In this document: piece by piece, positions 19,440-29,235 of the stretch
How the letters are laid out: every line of letters starts with the position of its first letter
How positions within the stretch are numbered: the stretch's first letter is position 1
Assembly: GCA_965227515.1 (NCBI GenBank)
Contig: CBDDFZ010000002.1
Span: 32,001-96,000, forward strand
From: Alphaproteobacteria bacterium
GTDB taxonomy: Bacteria; Pseudomonadota; Alphaproteobacteria; CALKHQ01
DNA: 64,000 nt
Direction of reading: 5' to 3'
The notes under the pieces: generated by a model
Databases searched by the model: none
What the model was told of the DNA's origin: nothing
Seen by the model: only the letters and a program-made list of their open reading frames with translations
Program-made: the position numbers and the translations under genes

Positions 19440-19991
19440 GTGATGAGCGACGAGGAAGCCAAAGACGGCGAAGAGGCCCCGAAAAAGAAGAAGATGAGCG
19501 GCAAGAAGCTGATCATGTTTGTCGGCTTGCCCATCATCCTTCTGGTCGGTCTCTATATGTCGGGCATTCTCGATTCCGTCCTCGGCGGTGCCGAGGAGGA
19601 AGGCGAGGAACATGCCGAAGACGGCCATGGCAGCGAGCAGGACGAAGAGGCCCGGCTGGCCGAGCTGGATGCGCACAGCGGCGAGGCGTTCTACTTCGAG
19701 GTGCCGGAGCTGACGGTGAACCTGCGCTCCGACGACCGCCGCGCCGTCTATCTGCAGCTCGAAGTGACCCTGGAGACCCCCAGCGAGCAGGATCTGGCCG
19801 AGGTCGAGCGGTTGATGCCGCGCGTGGTCGACCAGTTCCAGACCCACCTGCGCGAGCTGCACGCCAGCGATATCGAGGGTTCCGCCGCGGTCTACCGGCT
19901 GCGCGAGGAACTGTTGAACCGCGTCAACGACGCCATCGCGCCGGCGCGCATCAGCGATGTGCTGTTTGGCCGCATGCTGGTCCAGGGCTAG
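19440..19991 (+). CDS. fliL: flagellar basal body-associated protein
   Basis: Single N-terminal TM; LTVNL, LREL, LREELLNRVN, VLF. Confidence 0.93.
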   Translation: MMSDEEAKDGEEAPKKKKMSGKKLIMFVGLPIILLVGLYMSGILDSVLGGAEEEGEEHAEDGHGSEQDEEARLAELDAHSGEAFYFEVPELTVNLRSDDRRAVYLQLEVTLETPSEQDLAEVERLMPRVVDQFQTHLRELHASDIEGSAAVYRLREELLNRVNDAIAPARISDVLFGRMLVQG

Positions 19992-19999
19992 GAAACACA

Positions 20000-21142
20000 G
20001 TGGCACCACCTCCCGACGAGACTGACGACGCCGTAGATGAAGAGGCCATGGCCGCTGAATGGGCGGCGATGGCGGGCGACGACGACGGAGACGGCGACGA
20101 CGCTGGCGACGACGAGGCGATGGCCGCCGAATGGGCGGCGATGGCCGACGGCGACGGGGATGGCGACGACGGGGACGGGGGCACCGACGAGCGTGTCCTC
20201 GACCAGACCGAAATCGACAGCCTGCTCGGCTTCAACGAGGGCGATGGCGACGGCTCCGGCAACACCGGCGTGCAGGCCATCGTCAACAGCGCGCTGGTCG
20301 CCTATGAGCGGCTGCCGATGCTGGAGGTGGTGTTCGACCGGCTGGTCCGGATGATGACCACCACCATGCGCAATTTCACCTCCGATAATGTGGAGGTGTC
20401 GATCGACACCATCACGTCGATCCGATTCGGCGACTATCTGAATTCGATCCCGCTGCCGGCGATGCTGACCGTGTTCAAGGCCGAGCAATGGGACAACTAC
20501 GGCCTGATGGTGGTCGATTCCGCGCTGATTTATTCCATCGTCGACGTGCTGCTGGGCGGACGGCGCGGCACCGCTGCGATGGCGATCGAGGGCCGGCCCT
20601 ACACCACCATCGAGCGCACGCTGGTCGAGCGCATGGTCAATGTGGTGCTGGAAGACCTGTGCGCGGCGTTCGAGCCGCTGAGCAAGGTCGACTTCGTGTT
20701 CGACCGGCTGGAGACGAACCCGCGCTTCGCCACCATCGCGCGCCCGGCCAACGCGGCCATCCTGGCGCGGATGCGCATCGACATGGAAGACCGCGGCGGG
20801 CGCATGGAGCTGCTGATCCCGTACGCGACACTGGAACCGGTGCGCGAACTGCTGCTGCAGATGTTCATGGGCGAGAAGTTCGGCCGTGACTCGATCTGGG
20901 AAGGCCACCTGGCGTCCGAGCTTTGGGCGACCGAGATCGACCTCCAGGCGGTGCTGGACGAGCAGGTCATGTCGCTGCAGGACGTGATGAACTGGCAGCC
21001 CGGGAGCCAGTTGATGCTGAATGCGACTCCCGACAGCGACATCAAGCTGCGCTTCGGCGAAGTCTCCATGTTCAAGGGCCATATGGGCCGGCGCGGCCGC
21101 AACATCGCCGTGCAGGTCACCGACCGCGCCAAGCAACGGTAG
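20000..21142 (+). CDS. fliM: flagellar motor switch protein
   Basis: GTG start; RVLDQTEIDSLLG, YERLPMLEVVFDR, ETNPRFA, C-terminal SpoA domain. Confidence 0.96.
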   Translation: MAPPPDETDDAVDEEAMAAEWAAMAGDDDGDGDDAGDDEAMAAEWAAMADGDGDGDDGDGGTDERVLDQTEIDSLLGFNEGDGDGSGNTGVQAIVNSALVAYERLPMLEVVFDRLVRMMTTTMRNFTSDNVEVSIDTITSIRFGDYLNSIPLPAMLTVFKAEQWDNYGLMVVDSALIYSIVDVLLGGRRGTAAMAIEGRPYTTIERTLVERMVNVVLEDLCAAFEPLSKVDFVFDRLETNPRFATIARPANAAILARMRIDMEDRGGRMELLIPYATLEPVRELLLQMFMGEKFGRDSIWEGHLASELWATEIDLQAVLDEQVMSLQDVMNWQPGSQLMLNATPDSDIKLRFGEVSMFKGHMGRRGRNIAVQVTDRAKQR

Positions 21143-21148
21143 AACGCC

Positions 21149-21670
21149 ATGCAGATTGGACTGATTGCCGACATCATTGTTGCCGCCCTCCTGGTGATGA
21201 CGCTGGTCACCGCGACGGTGCTGTATGTGCGCCTGGGCCGGGTGCGCCGCAGCCGGGCCGATATGGAGGCGACGCTGGCGAGCTTCACCACCCTTGCCGA
21301 ACGCGCCGAGCACAGCCTGAACGCATTCCGCACCATGTCCGAGGAGGCCAACGGCGCCCTGGACCACAATGTGGAGCGCGCGCGCGGCCTGAAGGAGGAA
21401 CTGGAGTTCCTGATCGACAAGGCCGAATCGGTGTCGTCCCGCCTGATGGCGGAGCGCGCGGCGGCCAGCGCCCCGGCGCCCGCCGCACCGCAGCCGACGG
21501 GCCGGCCAGCGCCGCAGCCGTCGTCGTCCGGCGGTCTGATCAAGGCCCTGCGCGGGCGCGGCGGCCACCAGGACGAGCGCGCTGCCGCCCGTTATCCCGA
21601 CGCCCCCGTCCAGCAGCGCCCTTCGGAGGCCGAGCAGGCCCTGCTGAAGGCCCTGCAGGCCGCGCGCTGA
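21149..21670 (+). CDS. DUF6468-like TM plus coiled-coil flagellar-locus protein
   Basis: N-terminal TM, coiled coil, LEFLIDKAE, C-terminal SEAEQALLKAL; position after fliM. Confidence 0.7.
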   Translation: MQIGLIADIIVAALLVMTLVTATVLYVRLGRVRRSRADMEATLASFTTLAERAEHSLNAFRTMSEEANGALDHNVERARGLKEELEFLIDKAESVSSRLMAERAAASAPAPAAPQPTGRPAPQPSSSGGLIKALRGRGGHQDERAAARYPDAPVQQRPSEAEQALLKALQAAR

Positions 21671-21707
21671 GCCGCAACCGCCGCCACTCTTTTCGAGCAC
21701 TGCCAAC

Positions 21708-22445
21708 ATGAAGCGTCTCCGCCTTCTGCCACTGTTGATCCTTGCCCTGGCCGCCCTGTTGTCGGTCAAGATCGGCGAGATCAGCGAGACCTCCGACGAG
21801 GCCTGGGCGTCGCTTGGCGTGACCGAGGCTCTGGCGGCGGAAGCCGGCCTTGAGCCGGCCGCCGGCGATGCGCCGATGGATGTCGAGCCGATGGCCGGAG
21901 AGGAAGACGAGGCGATGGCGGAGGATGCCATGGCCGAGGAAGGCGGCGGGGATGGGCCGGTGCTGCCGTCGGGCGACCGTCCGTTTGGCCAGGACCATCC
22001 GCTGGGCGCGCGATTCACGCCGGAAGAGCTGGAAGTCCTGCAATCGCTGACCGACCGGCTGCAGGATCTGGAGGCCCGCGAGCAGGCGCTGGATGCGCGC
22101 GAGCGCGAGCTGGCGGTGGCCGAGCAACGGCTCGAGATGCGCCTGGAAGAGTTGCGCGAACTGCGCACGGCGGTTGAAGAGCTGGTCAACGCCTACGACC
22201 AGCAGGAAGAAGAAGAGCTGATGAACCTGGTCGCGATCTACGATGCCATGAAGGCAAAGGACGCGGCGGTCATTCTGGAGCAGCTCGACCTGGAAATCGT
22301 GCTCGCGATCATGATGCGCATGACCGGCTTCAAGAGCGCCACCATCATGGCGGAGATGTCGCCGGCCCGCGCGCAGGAGATCACCGAGGAGATGGCCTAC
22401 CGCATGCAGGCCCGGCCCGAGTTCATGCAGGCTGAGCAGATGTAA
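21708..22445 (+). CDS. motE: MotE-family periplasmic protein
   Basis: RLLPL N-terminus, coiled coil, LVAIYDAMKAKDAA, IMAEMSPARA. Confidence 0.8.
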   Translation: MKRLRLLPLLILALAALLSVKIGEISETSDEAWASLGVTEALAAEAGLEPAAGDAPMDVEPMAGEEDEAMAEDAMAEEGGGDGPVLPSGDRPFGQDHPLGARFTPEELEVLQSLTDRLQDLEAREQALDARERELAVAEQRLEMRLEELRELRTAVEELVNAYDQQEEEELMNLVAIYDAMKAKDAAVILEQLDLEIVLAIMMRMTGFKSATIMAEMSPARAQEITEEMAYRMQARPEFMQAEQM

Positions 22446-22474
22446 GCGCGCGCCAGCCCTCGCAATTGCGCCGA

Positions 22475-22490
22475 TTAAGCCGGATTTAAC
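22475..22490 (+). promoter_or_regulatory. full CtrA box upstream of cheY
   Basis: TTAA-GCCGGAT-TTAAC, a perfect TTAA-N7-TTAAC. Confidence 0.85.
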
Positions 22491-22547
22491 GCAGCGGCTG
22501 TAGGGTGCCCGCAGTCAAAAATTCCCGACCGAGAAGTGGAGTGCCAA

Positions 22548-22934
22548 ATGGCGGTCGACACCAACATGCCGATCCTGATCGTAGATGATTACAAGACCAT
22601 GCTGCGCATTATCCGCAACTTGCTGAAGCAACTTGGCTTCAACAATGTTGATGAGGCCAGCGACGGTAGTGCTGCCCTGCAGAAGCTGCGCCAGCGTGGC
22701 TACGGGCTGGTGATTTCCGACTGGAACATGGAGCCGATGACCGGCCTTCAGTTGCTGAAGGAAGTCCGCGCCGATGCCAAGCTCAACGATACGCCGTTCA
22801 TCATGATCACGGCGGAGAGCAAGACCGAGAACGTCGTCGCCGCCAAGCAGGCCGGTGTCAGCAACTACATCGTAAAGCCGTTCAACGCAGCGACCCTGAA
22901 GGCGAAGCTGCAGAGCGTGATGGGCCCGTTCTAG
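22548..22934 (+). CDS. cheY: chemotaxis response regulator
   Basis: ILIVDD, ISDWNMEPMTG, MITAE, YIVKPF. Confidence 0.95.
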   Translation: MAVDTNMPILIVDDYKTMLRIIRNLLKQLGFNNVDEASDGSAALQKLRQRGYGLVISDWNMEPMTGLQLLKEVRADAKLNDTPFIMITAESKTENVVAAKQAGVSNYIVKPFNAATLKAKLQSVMGPF

Positions 22935-23002
22935 CGCGACTGTCCGTGGTGCCCCGCGCACGACGGACAGCATTGCCAGGACGACGGGCAAGGAGACGAC
23001 GC

Positions 23003-23557
23003 ATGGGGGCTGAAGGCGACAAGTCGCGCAACGACGCCGATAGCAAGACAAGGCATGGGAGCAAGTACATGCTGTTGAGCGAACTGCGGTCCCTCGTTGC
23101 GTACATCGAGCGCGCGAAGGTGGAGATCTCCGACCTCCGCCCGAAGACCGAGGACGGCGACCAGCTGTCGATGGCCAGCATCGAGCTGGACGCGGTCGTG
23201 ACTGCGACCGAGGAAGCGACCGAGACCATCATGAGTGCTGCCGAAGTGGTGGACGAGGTTTCGGCGCGGATGGAAGGCGAGGACGGTGAGCGCCTGCAGG
23301 AAGTGGTTGGCCAGATTTTCGAGGCCTGCAGCTTCCAGGACATCACCGGCCAGCGCATTTCCAAGGTGGTCAAGGTGCTGGTGCACGTCGAAGAGCACAT
23401 CGAGAAGCTGCTGAAGATGTTCGGCGCCGAAGAGACGGCGGCGCTGGCTGAATCCCTTGATGCAGCGATCGATGACGACTCCAAACTATTGAATGGCCCT
23501 CAATTGCCGGAGCGGGCCAAGAACCAGGCCGAGATCGACGCATTATTCGGCAGCTGA
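23003..23557 (+). CDS. cheZ: CheZ-family phosphatase (alphaproteobacterial type)
   Basis: ELDAVVTATEEAT, EACSFQDITGQRI (DxxxQ), LLNGPQL, QAEIDALF; AGGAG RBS. Confidence 0.9.
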   Translation: MGAEGDKSRNDADSKTRHGSKYMLLSELRSLVAYIERAKVEISDLRPKTEDGDQLSMASIELDAVVTATEEATETIMSAAEVVDEVSARMEGEDGERLQEVVGQIFEACSFQDITGQRISKVVKVLVHVEEHIEKLLKMFGAEETAALAESLDAAIDDDSKLLNGPQLPERAKNQAEIDALFGS

Positions 23558-23910
23558 TCCAGATGCGCGGACTAACGCCGCGTATCTGTGTTTGGAAAGG
23601 CTTGGTCCCGTCGCGCCGACGGTGGTTCCTAAACTGCGATTCAGGAACGAACTTTGCGCTCGCGACACTAGACGTCTTTCGTATTGTCGATTACCAGTGT
23701 TGCTTTGACGGCGGCCCCCGCCGCGTCGCCTGGCGTACCGGCGCCGAAGGTTGCCCCGGTGCCGCATAGCGCCCAGGCCCCGCCCACAGGTGCGGAAGGC
23801 CGGATCGGGGGCAAAGGTGCTGCGGCACGACGTGGGGCGCATTTTCCGGATACGCGCGGCCATTGCGGGCCATCGGCATCGGGCCGGCAGGCGACATTGG
23901 TGAGGTTGCG

Positions 23911-26900
23911 ATGACATCGCATTTCGCGAAGTGGCCAACGTCAACATGCGGTGGTGCCGCCAGGCACCGCATCGCGCGATGGCGCCGCCACGTCGTGGCG
24001 GCGGGGTTCATGGCCGTCGCGCTGACCGTTCCGCTGCTGACAACCGCCCCGGCCCTCGCGCTGGATGTCATCGACGTCGATGCCAGCGTCGGCGACGAGG
24101 GCGGCCGCATGGTCTTCGCCTGGGATGCACCGGTCAGGTTCACCACCACGGTCGACGACCGTCGCCTGCTGATCAGTTTCGACCGGCCGCTTGCCACCAC
24201 GTTCGAAGCCGTGGAAGCGAACCTCGGCGCCTATATCCGCGAGATCGTCATTGGCCCCGACGGGCGGTCGATCCTGGCCCTGCTGGAGCAGCCGGTCTCG
24301 GTGGTCACCGCGACCGACGGCGGCAACGTCATCGTCGACCTGGTGCCGCGCACGCCGCCGGCGCCCGATCCCGCGCCGCCGGTTCCGGATACCGCGGTCG
24401 CCGATGCCGCAGGGTCGCCGCCGCCGGCTTCAAGCGCTGAGGTCGCAGATGCGCCGGTGCGCGTCGATGTGGCCGACGCGGCGCTGAACCCCAATTCCAC
24501 GTCCGCCGATGCGCCGGCTGATCCGACACCCGGTCTGGCGCCGCCGCGGCCGCCGCGCGCCGAGATCGCGCGCCAGCTCGCCCAGGCCGAAGGCGACGCC
24601 CCGATCATCGAGAGCGGCGATGCCGCTGCCGCCGAGACGCCGCCATCCGACGCGCCGCCGCTGTCGGTGCGGTTCGGCATTCATGACGAAGGCAGCTACG
24701 ACCGCATCGTCTTCGACTGGCCGGTCCAGGTGCCGTTCGAGGTCGAGAACGACGACGGCCTGATCACCATCAGCTTCGACCGGCCGGCGCAGGTGAATGC
24801 GGAGCGCCTGTCACGGCGTTTCCCGCCCTGGCTGGCCCTGGTCGGTGTCGACAATCCGGACGGTCGGCTGCAGATGCAGGTCGCGACCAACGCCGGCGCC
24901 ACCGTGCGCGGTTTCTACGTCAACACCAAGGCCGTGTTCGATATTCGCCGCGATCCCGCCGGGCCGCGCGCGGCGGTCGACCCGGATGTCGTGGTCGCCC
25001 GTGCCGAGGGCACGTTGCCGGCACAGCCGCCGACCGACGAGGCTCTGGAGGACGCCACGGCCGAATCGCCCGAGCCAGCCGAGGTCGCGGTCGCCGAACC
25101 GCCGGCGCTTCCGCCGGTGCCGCCGGACAGTCGCGCGAGCCAGGTAACGGACGAAGGCCTGGAACCCGCAGACGTGCCTGAAGTCGACGTACCCGAAGTC
25201 GACGTGCCTGATGTCGAGGTTGAGGTCGCGTCTGGCGACGAGATGGATCCTTCTGCCGGCGCGGACCCCATGGAGGTCGCCACCGACGAGCCTGTTGCCG
25301 ACGAGCCTGTTACTGATGAGCAGGCAGTGCAGCACCAGGATGTGGCGGACGCGGCCGCCGATCCGGCGCATGACGACGAGGCGGTCGCCGCCCTTGATGA
25401 GGATGCGGCCCACGACGAGGACATGACCCACGACGAGGATGGGGGCCCCGTCGAGGACGCGACCCACGACGAGGATATGGCGCACGACGACGGCGCCATG
25501 GTTGTCGCCGATGACGGACATGACGACGCCACGCCAGAGGTCGTCACCGACAATGCGGTCGACGATGCCGCCGCCGCGGTCGCGGCGGTGGAGGACGCAC
25601 TGGAGGTGATGGAAGCCGTCGACCCGGTGCTGTCCGAGCTTGTCGAGGACGATCATCCGGCCGGCGATCATGGCGATGTCGCCGCGTCTGACCCCCATGA
25701 GACTGACCCCCATGAGGGCGACCAGCAAGAAGCCGATGCCCACATGGATGGCCCCGGGGACGTCCATGGGGATGATCCTGGCGACGGTCATGACGCGCCC
25801 CCGGTTGGCGATCACGATGCCGCCGCCGACGAACCGGTCGAGATGGCGGCTCTCGACGCCGATATGGATGCCACCGCCGACCAGGGCGACATGGCCGCCG
25901 ATGCGGATGGCCCCGACGCGCATGGGGATGTGGATGTCGTCAACCCGCAGGCGCCGCCCGCCGACCTTACCATCGACGCGATTGGCGGCGACGAGCAGAT
26001 GGTGCTGCGTCTGCGCTGGTCGCAGCCGGTCCATGGCGCGGTGTTCGCGCGCGCCGGCTGGTTGTGGATGGTGTTCGATCACGATGTGAACCCGGACCTC
26101 TCCAGCCTTGAGATCCAGGCCGGCGGCATCGTCGGCCCGCCGGTCCTGGAGCACCTGCCGGACGCCACCATCCTGCGCATGACCCTGGACGGCGATGTCG
26201 CGCCCCGGGTGCGCGCGGCCAACGACACCTGGTTCGTGCAATTGCGCCCCGGCGCGGCGGAGCCGGAAAGCGTGATACCGCTCAACCGTATCGACGATCC
26301 GGTCATGGGGCCGGCCATCAGCTTCGATGTCGCGGGCGGCGGTCCGCTGCTGATGATCGAGGATCCGAATGTCGGCGACACGTTGGCCGTGGTCCCGGTC
26401 GGCCAGCCCGGCTATGGGCGCCCGGCGCCGGCCCAGTTCATCGAGTTCCGCGTGCTGGCAACCGCGCAGGGGCTGGCGGTCGAGCGGGTGGACGATGCGG
26501 TGACGCTGCTGCTGCATGACGGCGCGGCCCAGATCGTCTCGCCGGTCGGCCTCAACCTGTCGTCGGCGGTGTTCGACGACCATGGCGCCGCGAACCATGA
26601 CGCGGTGCGCGATCCCGGGCATGCCAACGACCACGATGCGCCCCAGGTTGTGGACCACGATGCGGACTACGACGCGGGCCATGATGAGGGTCACCCGGAC
26701 GACCTCGCGGCGGCGGACGATGCCGCGCATCATCCCGATGCCGCCGACGCCCATGGCGCCCCTGACACCGAAGCCCACACCGACGGCCATGCCGAAGTCG
26801 CGAACGATCACGGCGCACCGGCCGCTCATGACGACCAAGCCGGCGACCATGGCAACAATCTCTCGGACAATCACGGCGCGCCGAACGACGCCGGCGCCCA

Positions 26901-28944
26901 GATGGTGCCGGTGGCATCGCCCGGCAACCAGCCGCCCGACGGCCCCGTGGACTGGAATGCTTTTCGCCTGTTCGACATTCCGACCTGGCAGCGCAGCGAG
27001 GACGGCACGTTCCTGAACGTGCGCCGCCACCTGGAGCGGGTTGCATCGCAAGCGGATGACGACCGCGACCAGTTCGCCGCCCGGCGCGACCTGGCCCGGT
27101 TCCTGTTCGCCCACGAACGCTATACCGATGCCCTGGGTGTACTGCGGCTGATCGAAAGCGACATGCCGAGCGCGTTTACCGAGGATCCGTCCCTGCTCGC
27201 GCTGCGCGGCGCGGCCGCCATGATGATGAACGACCTGGTTACCGCCGAGGCGGACCTGTCGTCGTCGCGGCTGGCGCTGTCGCCGGAGGCCCGGCTCTGG
27301 CATGCCGCGACCCTTTCGCGGCTGGACCGGTTCGACGAGGCGCGCGCGCTGTTCCAGCCGCCGCCGGTGGTGCCGCCATGGTATCCCGCGCCCCTGCAGG
27401 GCGAGCTGGGCGGGGCGGCCGTGGACACGGCGCTGGCCGACGGCGACTACGAACGCGCCACACGCATCGCCGATTCCCTGCCCTTCTTCCTGCAGGACAC
27501 GCCCGAGCGGGCCGAATTGGACCTGCGGCGCGCCCGCATTCTGTGGCTGCGCGGCGACCATGAGCGCGCCGTGGATCTGTGGCAGGAACTGGAGGACGGC
27601 GATCATGCCTCGGTGGCCGCCTTTGCGGGCCTGGCGCGGCTGAGCGCCTTGATCGAGGGCGGCATGATCGCGCCGGAGACCGCGATTGCCGAGTTGGAGA
27701 CGCTGCGGTTCAGGTGGCGCGGCGACGGCTATGAACGACGGGTCATCGAGATGCTGGCCGATATGTACGCGGCCGCCGGCGACTATCGCAACGCGCTGCG
27801 CACGCTCGACCAGATGACCATCCAGTTCTCCAACGCGCCCGACATCGAGGATATCCAGGCGGCGCTGGAGGCGACGTTCGCGGAGCTGTTCAGCCCCGAT
27901 CCGCCGGGTAATGTGTCGCCGATCACGGCGGTGGCGCTGTTTGACGAATACCATCGCCTTGTGCCGGAAGGACCGGAAGGCGAGGCGATGTCGCGCCGGC
28001 TGGCCGACCGGCTGATCGGCCTCAACCTGTTGGCGGAGGCGGCCGAGATCCTGCAGTCGGAGGTCGACGAGCGGCTGACCGGCAATGCCCGGGGCGCGGC
28101 TGGCGCGCGCATCGCGCTGATCCATCTGGCCAACCGCGATCCAGAGGCGGCGCTGGCCGCGTTGTCTGCCTCGGAGTCGGAGAACATGCCGGATGCGCTG
28201 GTGGGCGAGCGCCGCAGGTTGGCGGCCAGCGCGCATCTTGAGCTTGGCGATCTGCCGACGGTGGTGGAGACCCTGGTTAACGACGCGAGCCGCAATGCCG
28301 ACCTGCTGCGCGCCGAAGCCTATTGGCGCAGCGAGGACTGGGCGCGGGCCGCGGAGGTCTTCGAACGTCTGGTCGGCCAGGACATGGCTCCGGCGGAGCC
28401 CGAGCCCGTGGCTGTCGCGCCCGATCCGCCGGAGCCGGTTGCCGCCGAAGCAGAGGAGGTCGACGATCCGCAGGCGCCGGCGCTGGCGGAAGCGGCCGAT
28501 GGCTTAGATGCGCTGCCGACCGCCGACGAGGCCGCGGCCATGGATTTGCCGGCCATGCCCGAGCCCGAGGACCCGGCGCCACTGGAGACCGCGGCCGGCG
28601 CCGATGTGTGGCGTGGCCCCTTGTCCGATTTCCAGGCGCGCCAGTTGGTGAACTGGGCGATGGCGCTGACCTATGCCCGCGATCAGGCGGGGCTGAGCAT
28701 GCTTGACCGGCGCTTCAGCGCCGCGATGGCGGGCTCGCCCCACAACAGCCTGTTCCAGCTACTGGTCGCCGACGACCTGTCGCCGATCGCCAATGTCGGC
28801 GATGTCGACCGCCTCGATCCCGATATCGCCCGCTTCGAGAGCTTCATTACCAGCTACCGCGAACGGCTTATGGACAGCATGGGCGAGGCACTGCCGAGCG
28901 AGGACGATATGCAAGCGCCAACAGCCGACGGCGCTGCCGGTTAG
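23911..28944 (+). CDS. large exported TPR-repeat protein with AMIN-like modules and Asp/His-rich linkers
   Basis: Signal peptide; repeated RMVFAW/RIVFDW/VLRLRW modules; helical repeat C-terminal half; GAGG RBS. Confidence 0.8.
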   Translation: MTSHFAKWPTSTCGGAARHRIARWRRHVVAAGFMAVALTVPLLTTAPALALDVIDVDASVGDEGGRMVFAWDAPVRFTTTVDDRRLLISFDRPLATTFEAVEANLGAYIREIVIGPDGRSILALLEQPVSVVTATDGGNVIVDLVPRTPPAPDPAPPVPDTAVADAAGSPPPASSAEVADAPVRVDVADAALNPNSTSADAPADPTPGLAPPRPPRAEIARQLAQAEGDAPIIESGDAAAAETPPSDAPPLSVRFGIHDEGSYDRIVFDWPVQVPFEVENDDGLITISFDRPAQVNAERLSRRFPPWLALVGVDNPDGRLQMQVATNAGATVRGFYVNTKAVFDIRRDPAGPRAAVDPDVVVARAEGTLPAQPPTDEALEDATAESPEPAEVAVAEPPALPPVPPDSRASQVTDEGLEPADVPEVDVPEVDVPDVEVEVASGDEMDPSAGADPMEVATDEPVADEPVTDEQAVQHQDVADAAADPAHDDEAVAALDEDAAHDEDMTHDEDGGPVEDATHDEDMAHDDGAMVVADDGHDDATPEVVTDNAVDDAAAAVAAVEDALEVMEAVDPVLSELVEDDHPAGDHGDVAASDPHETDPHEGDQQEADAHMDGPGDVHGDDPGDGHDAPPVGDHDAAADEPVEMAALDADMDATADQGDMAADADGPDAHGDVDVVNPQAPPADLTIDAIGGDEQMVLRLRWSQPVHGAVFARAGWLWMVFDHDVNPDLSSLEIQAGGIVGPPVLEHLPDATILRMTLDGDVAPRVRAANDTWFVQLRPGAAEPESVIPLNRIDDPVMGPAISFDVAGGGPLLMIEDPNVGDTLAVVPVGQPGYGRPAPAQFIEFRVLATAQGLAVERVDDAVTLLLHDGAAQIVSPVGLNLSSAVFDDHGAANHDAVRDPGHANDHDAPQVVDHDADYDAGHDEGHPDDLAAADDAAHHPDAADAHGAPDTEAHTDGHAEVANDHGAPAAHDDQAGDHGNNLSDNHGAPNDAGAQMVPVASPGNQPPDGPVDWNAFRLFDIPTWQRSEDGTFLNVRRHLERVASQADDDRDQFAARRDLARFLFAHERYTDALGVLRLIESDMPSAFTEDPSLLALRGAAAMMMNDLVTAEADLSSSRLALSPEARLWHAATLSRLDRFDEARALFQPPPVVPPWYPAPLQGELGGAAVDTALADGDYERATRIADSLPFFLQDTPERAELDLRRARILWLRGDHERAVDLWQELEDGDHASVAAFAGLARLSALIEGGMIAPETAIAELETLRFRWRGDGYERRVIEMLADMYAAAGDYRNALRTLDQMTIQFSNAPDIEDIQAALEATFAELFSPDPPGNVSPITAVALFDEYHRLVPEGPEGEAMSRRLADRLIGLNLLAEAAEILQSEVDERLTGNARGAAGARIALIHLANRDPEAALAALSASESENMPDALVGERRRLAASAHLELGDLPTVVETLVNDASRNADLLRAEAYWRSEDWARAAEVFERLVGQDMAPAEPEPVAVAPDPPEPVAAEAEEVDDPQAPALAEAADGLDALPTADEAAAMDLPAMPEPEDPAPLETAAGADVWRGPLSDFQARQLVNWAMALTYARDQAGLSMLDRRFSAAMAGSPHNSLFQLLVADDLSPIANVGDVDRLDPDIARFESFITSYRERLMDSMGEALPSEDDMQAPTADGAAG

Positions 28945-29235
28945 AGCCCCGACCGCAGATTCTGCATCTGCATCAGTACCTATGCCAACGGCACAATTCG
29001 CTGACCCTTCCGTGACTTGAGGCGTCATCGCGAGCCCGCTTCAGCGGGCGTGGCGATCCAGGCGTTTGATGTGACGTTGGAGACGACGCTCTGGATTGCC
29101 GCGTCGCGCCACCCATTCGCATGTAATGAGCGGCGCTCCTCACAATGATGGCAAAGGGCCGGTCGATAGTGCCGCTGGTATCACGCCAGATCGGCGCCGG
29201 TCCATGAGGGCCGGCGCCGTCACAGGCGATCGTGC

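Noticed and set aside
23558-23910. 350-bp intergenic region with a GTTCCT/AGGAAC inverted repeat as a possible sRNA
   Set aside because: No terminator or recognisable RNA motif; probably just a promoter region
25171-25716. Short direct repeats as a possible CRISPR array
   Set aside because: In-frame coding duplications without unique spacers; no cas genes
24811-28236. 1141-aa antisense ORF, and similar long ORFs at 675-2846, 5879-8167, 11340-13820, 31667-34543 and 51393-53771
   Set aside because: Shadow or alternative-frame ORFs over well-supported genes; expected in high-GC DNA; no recognisable motifs
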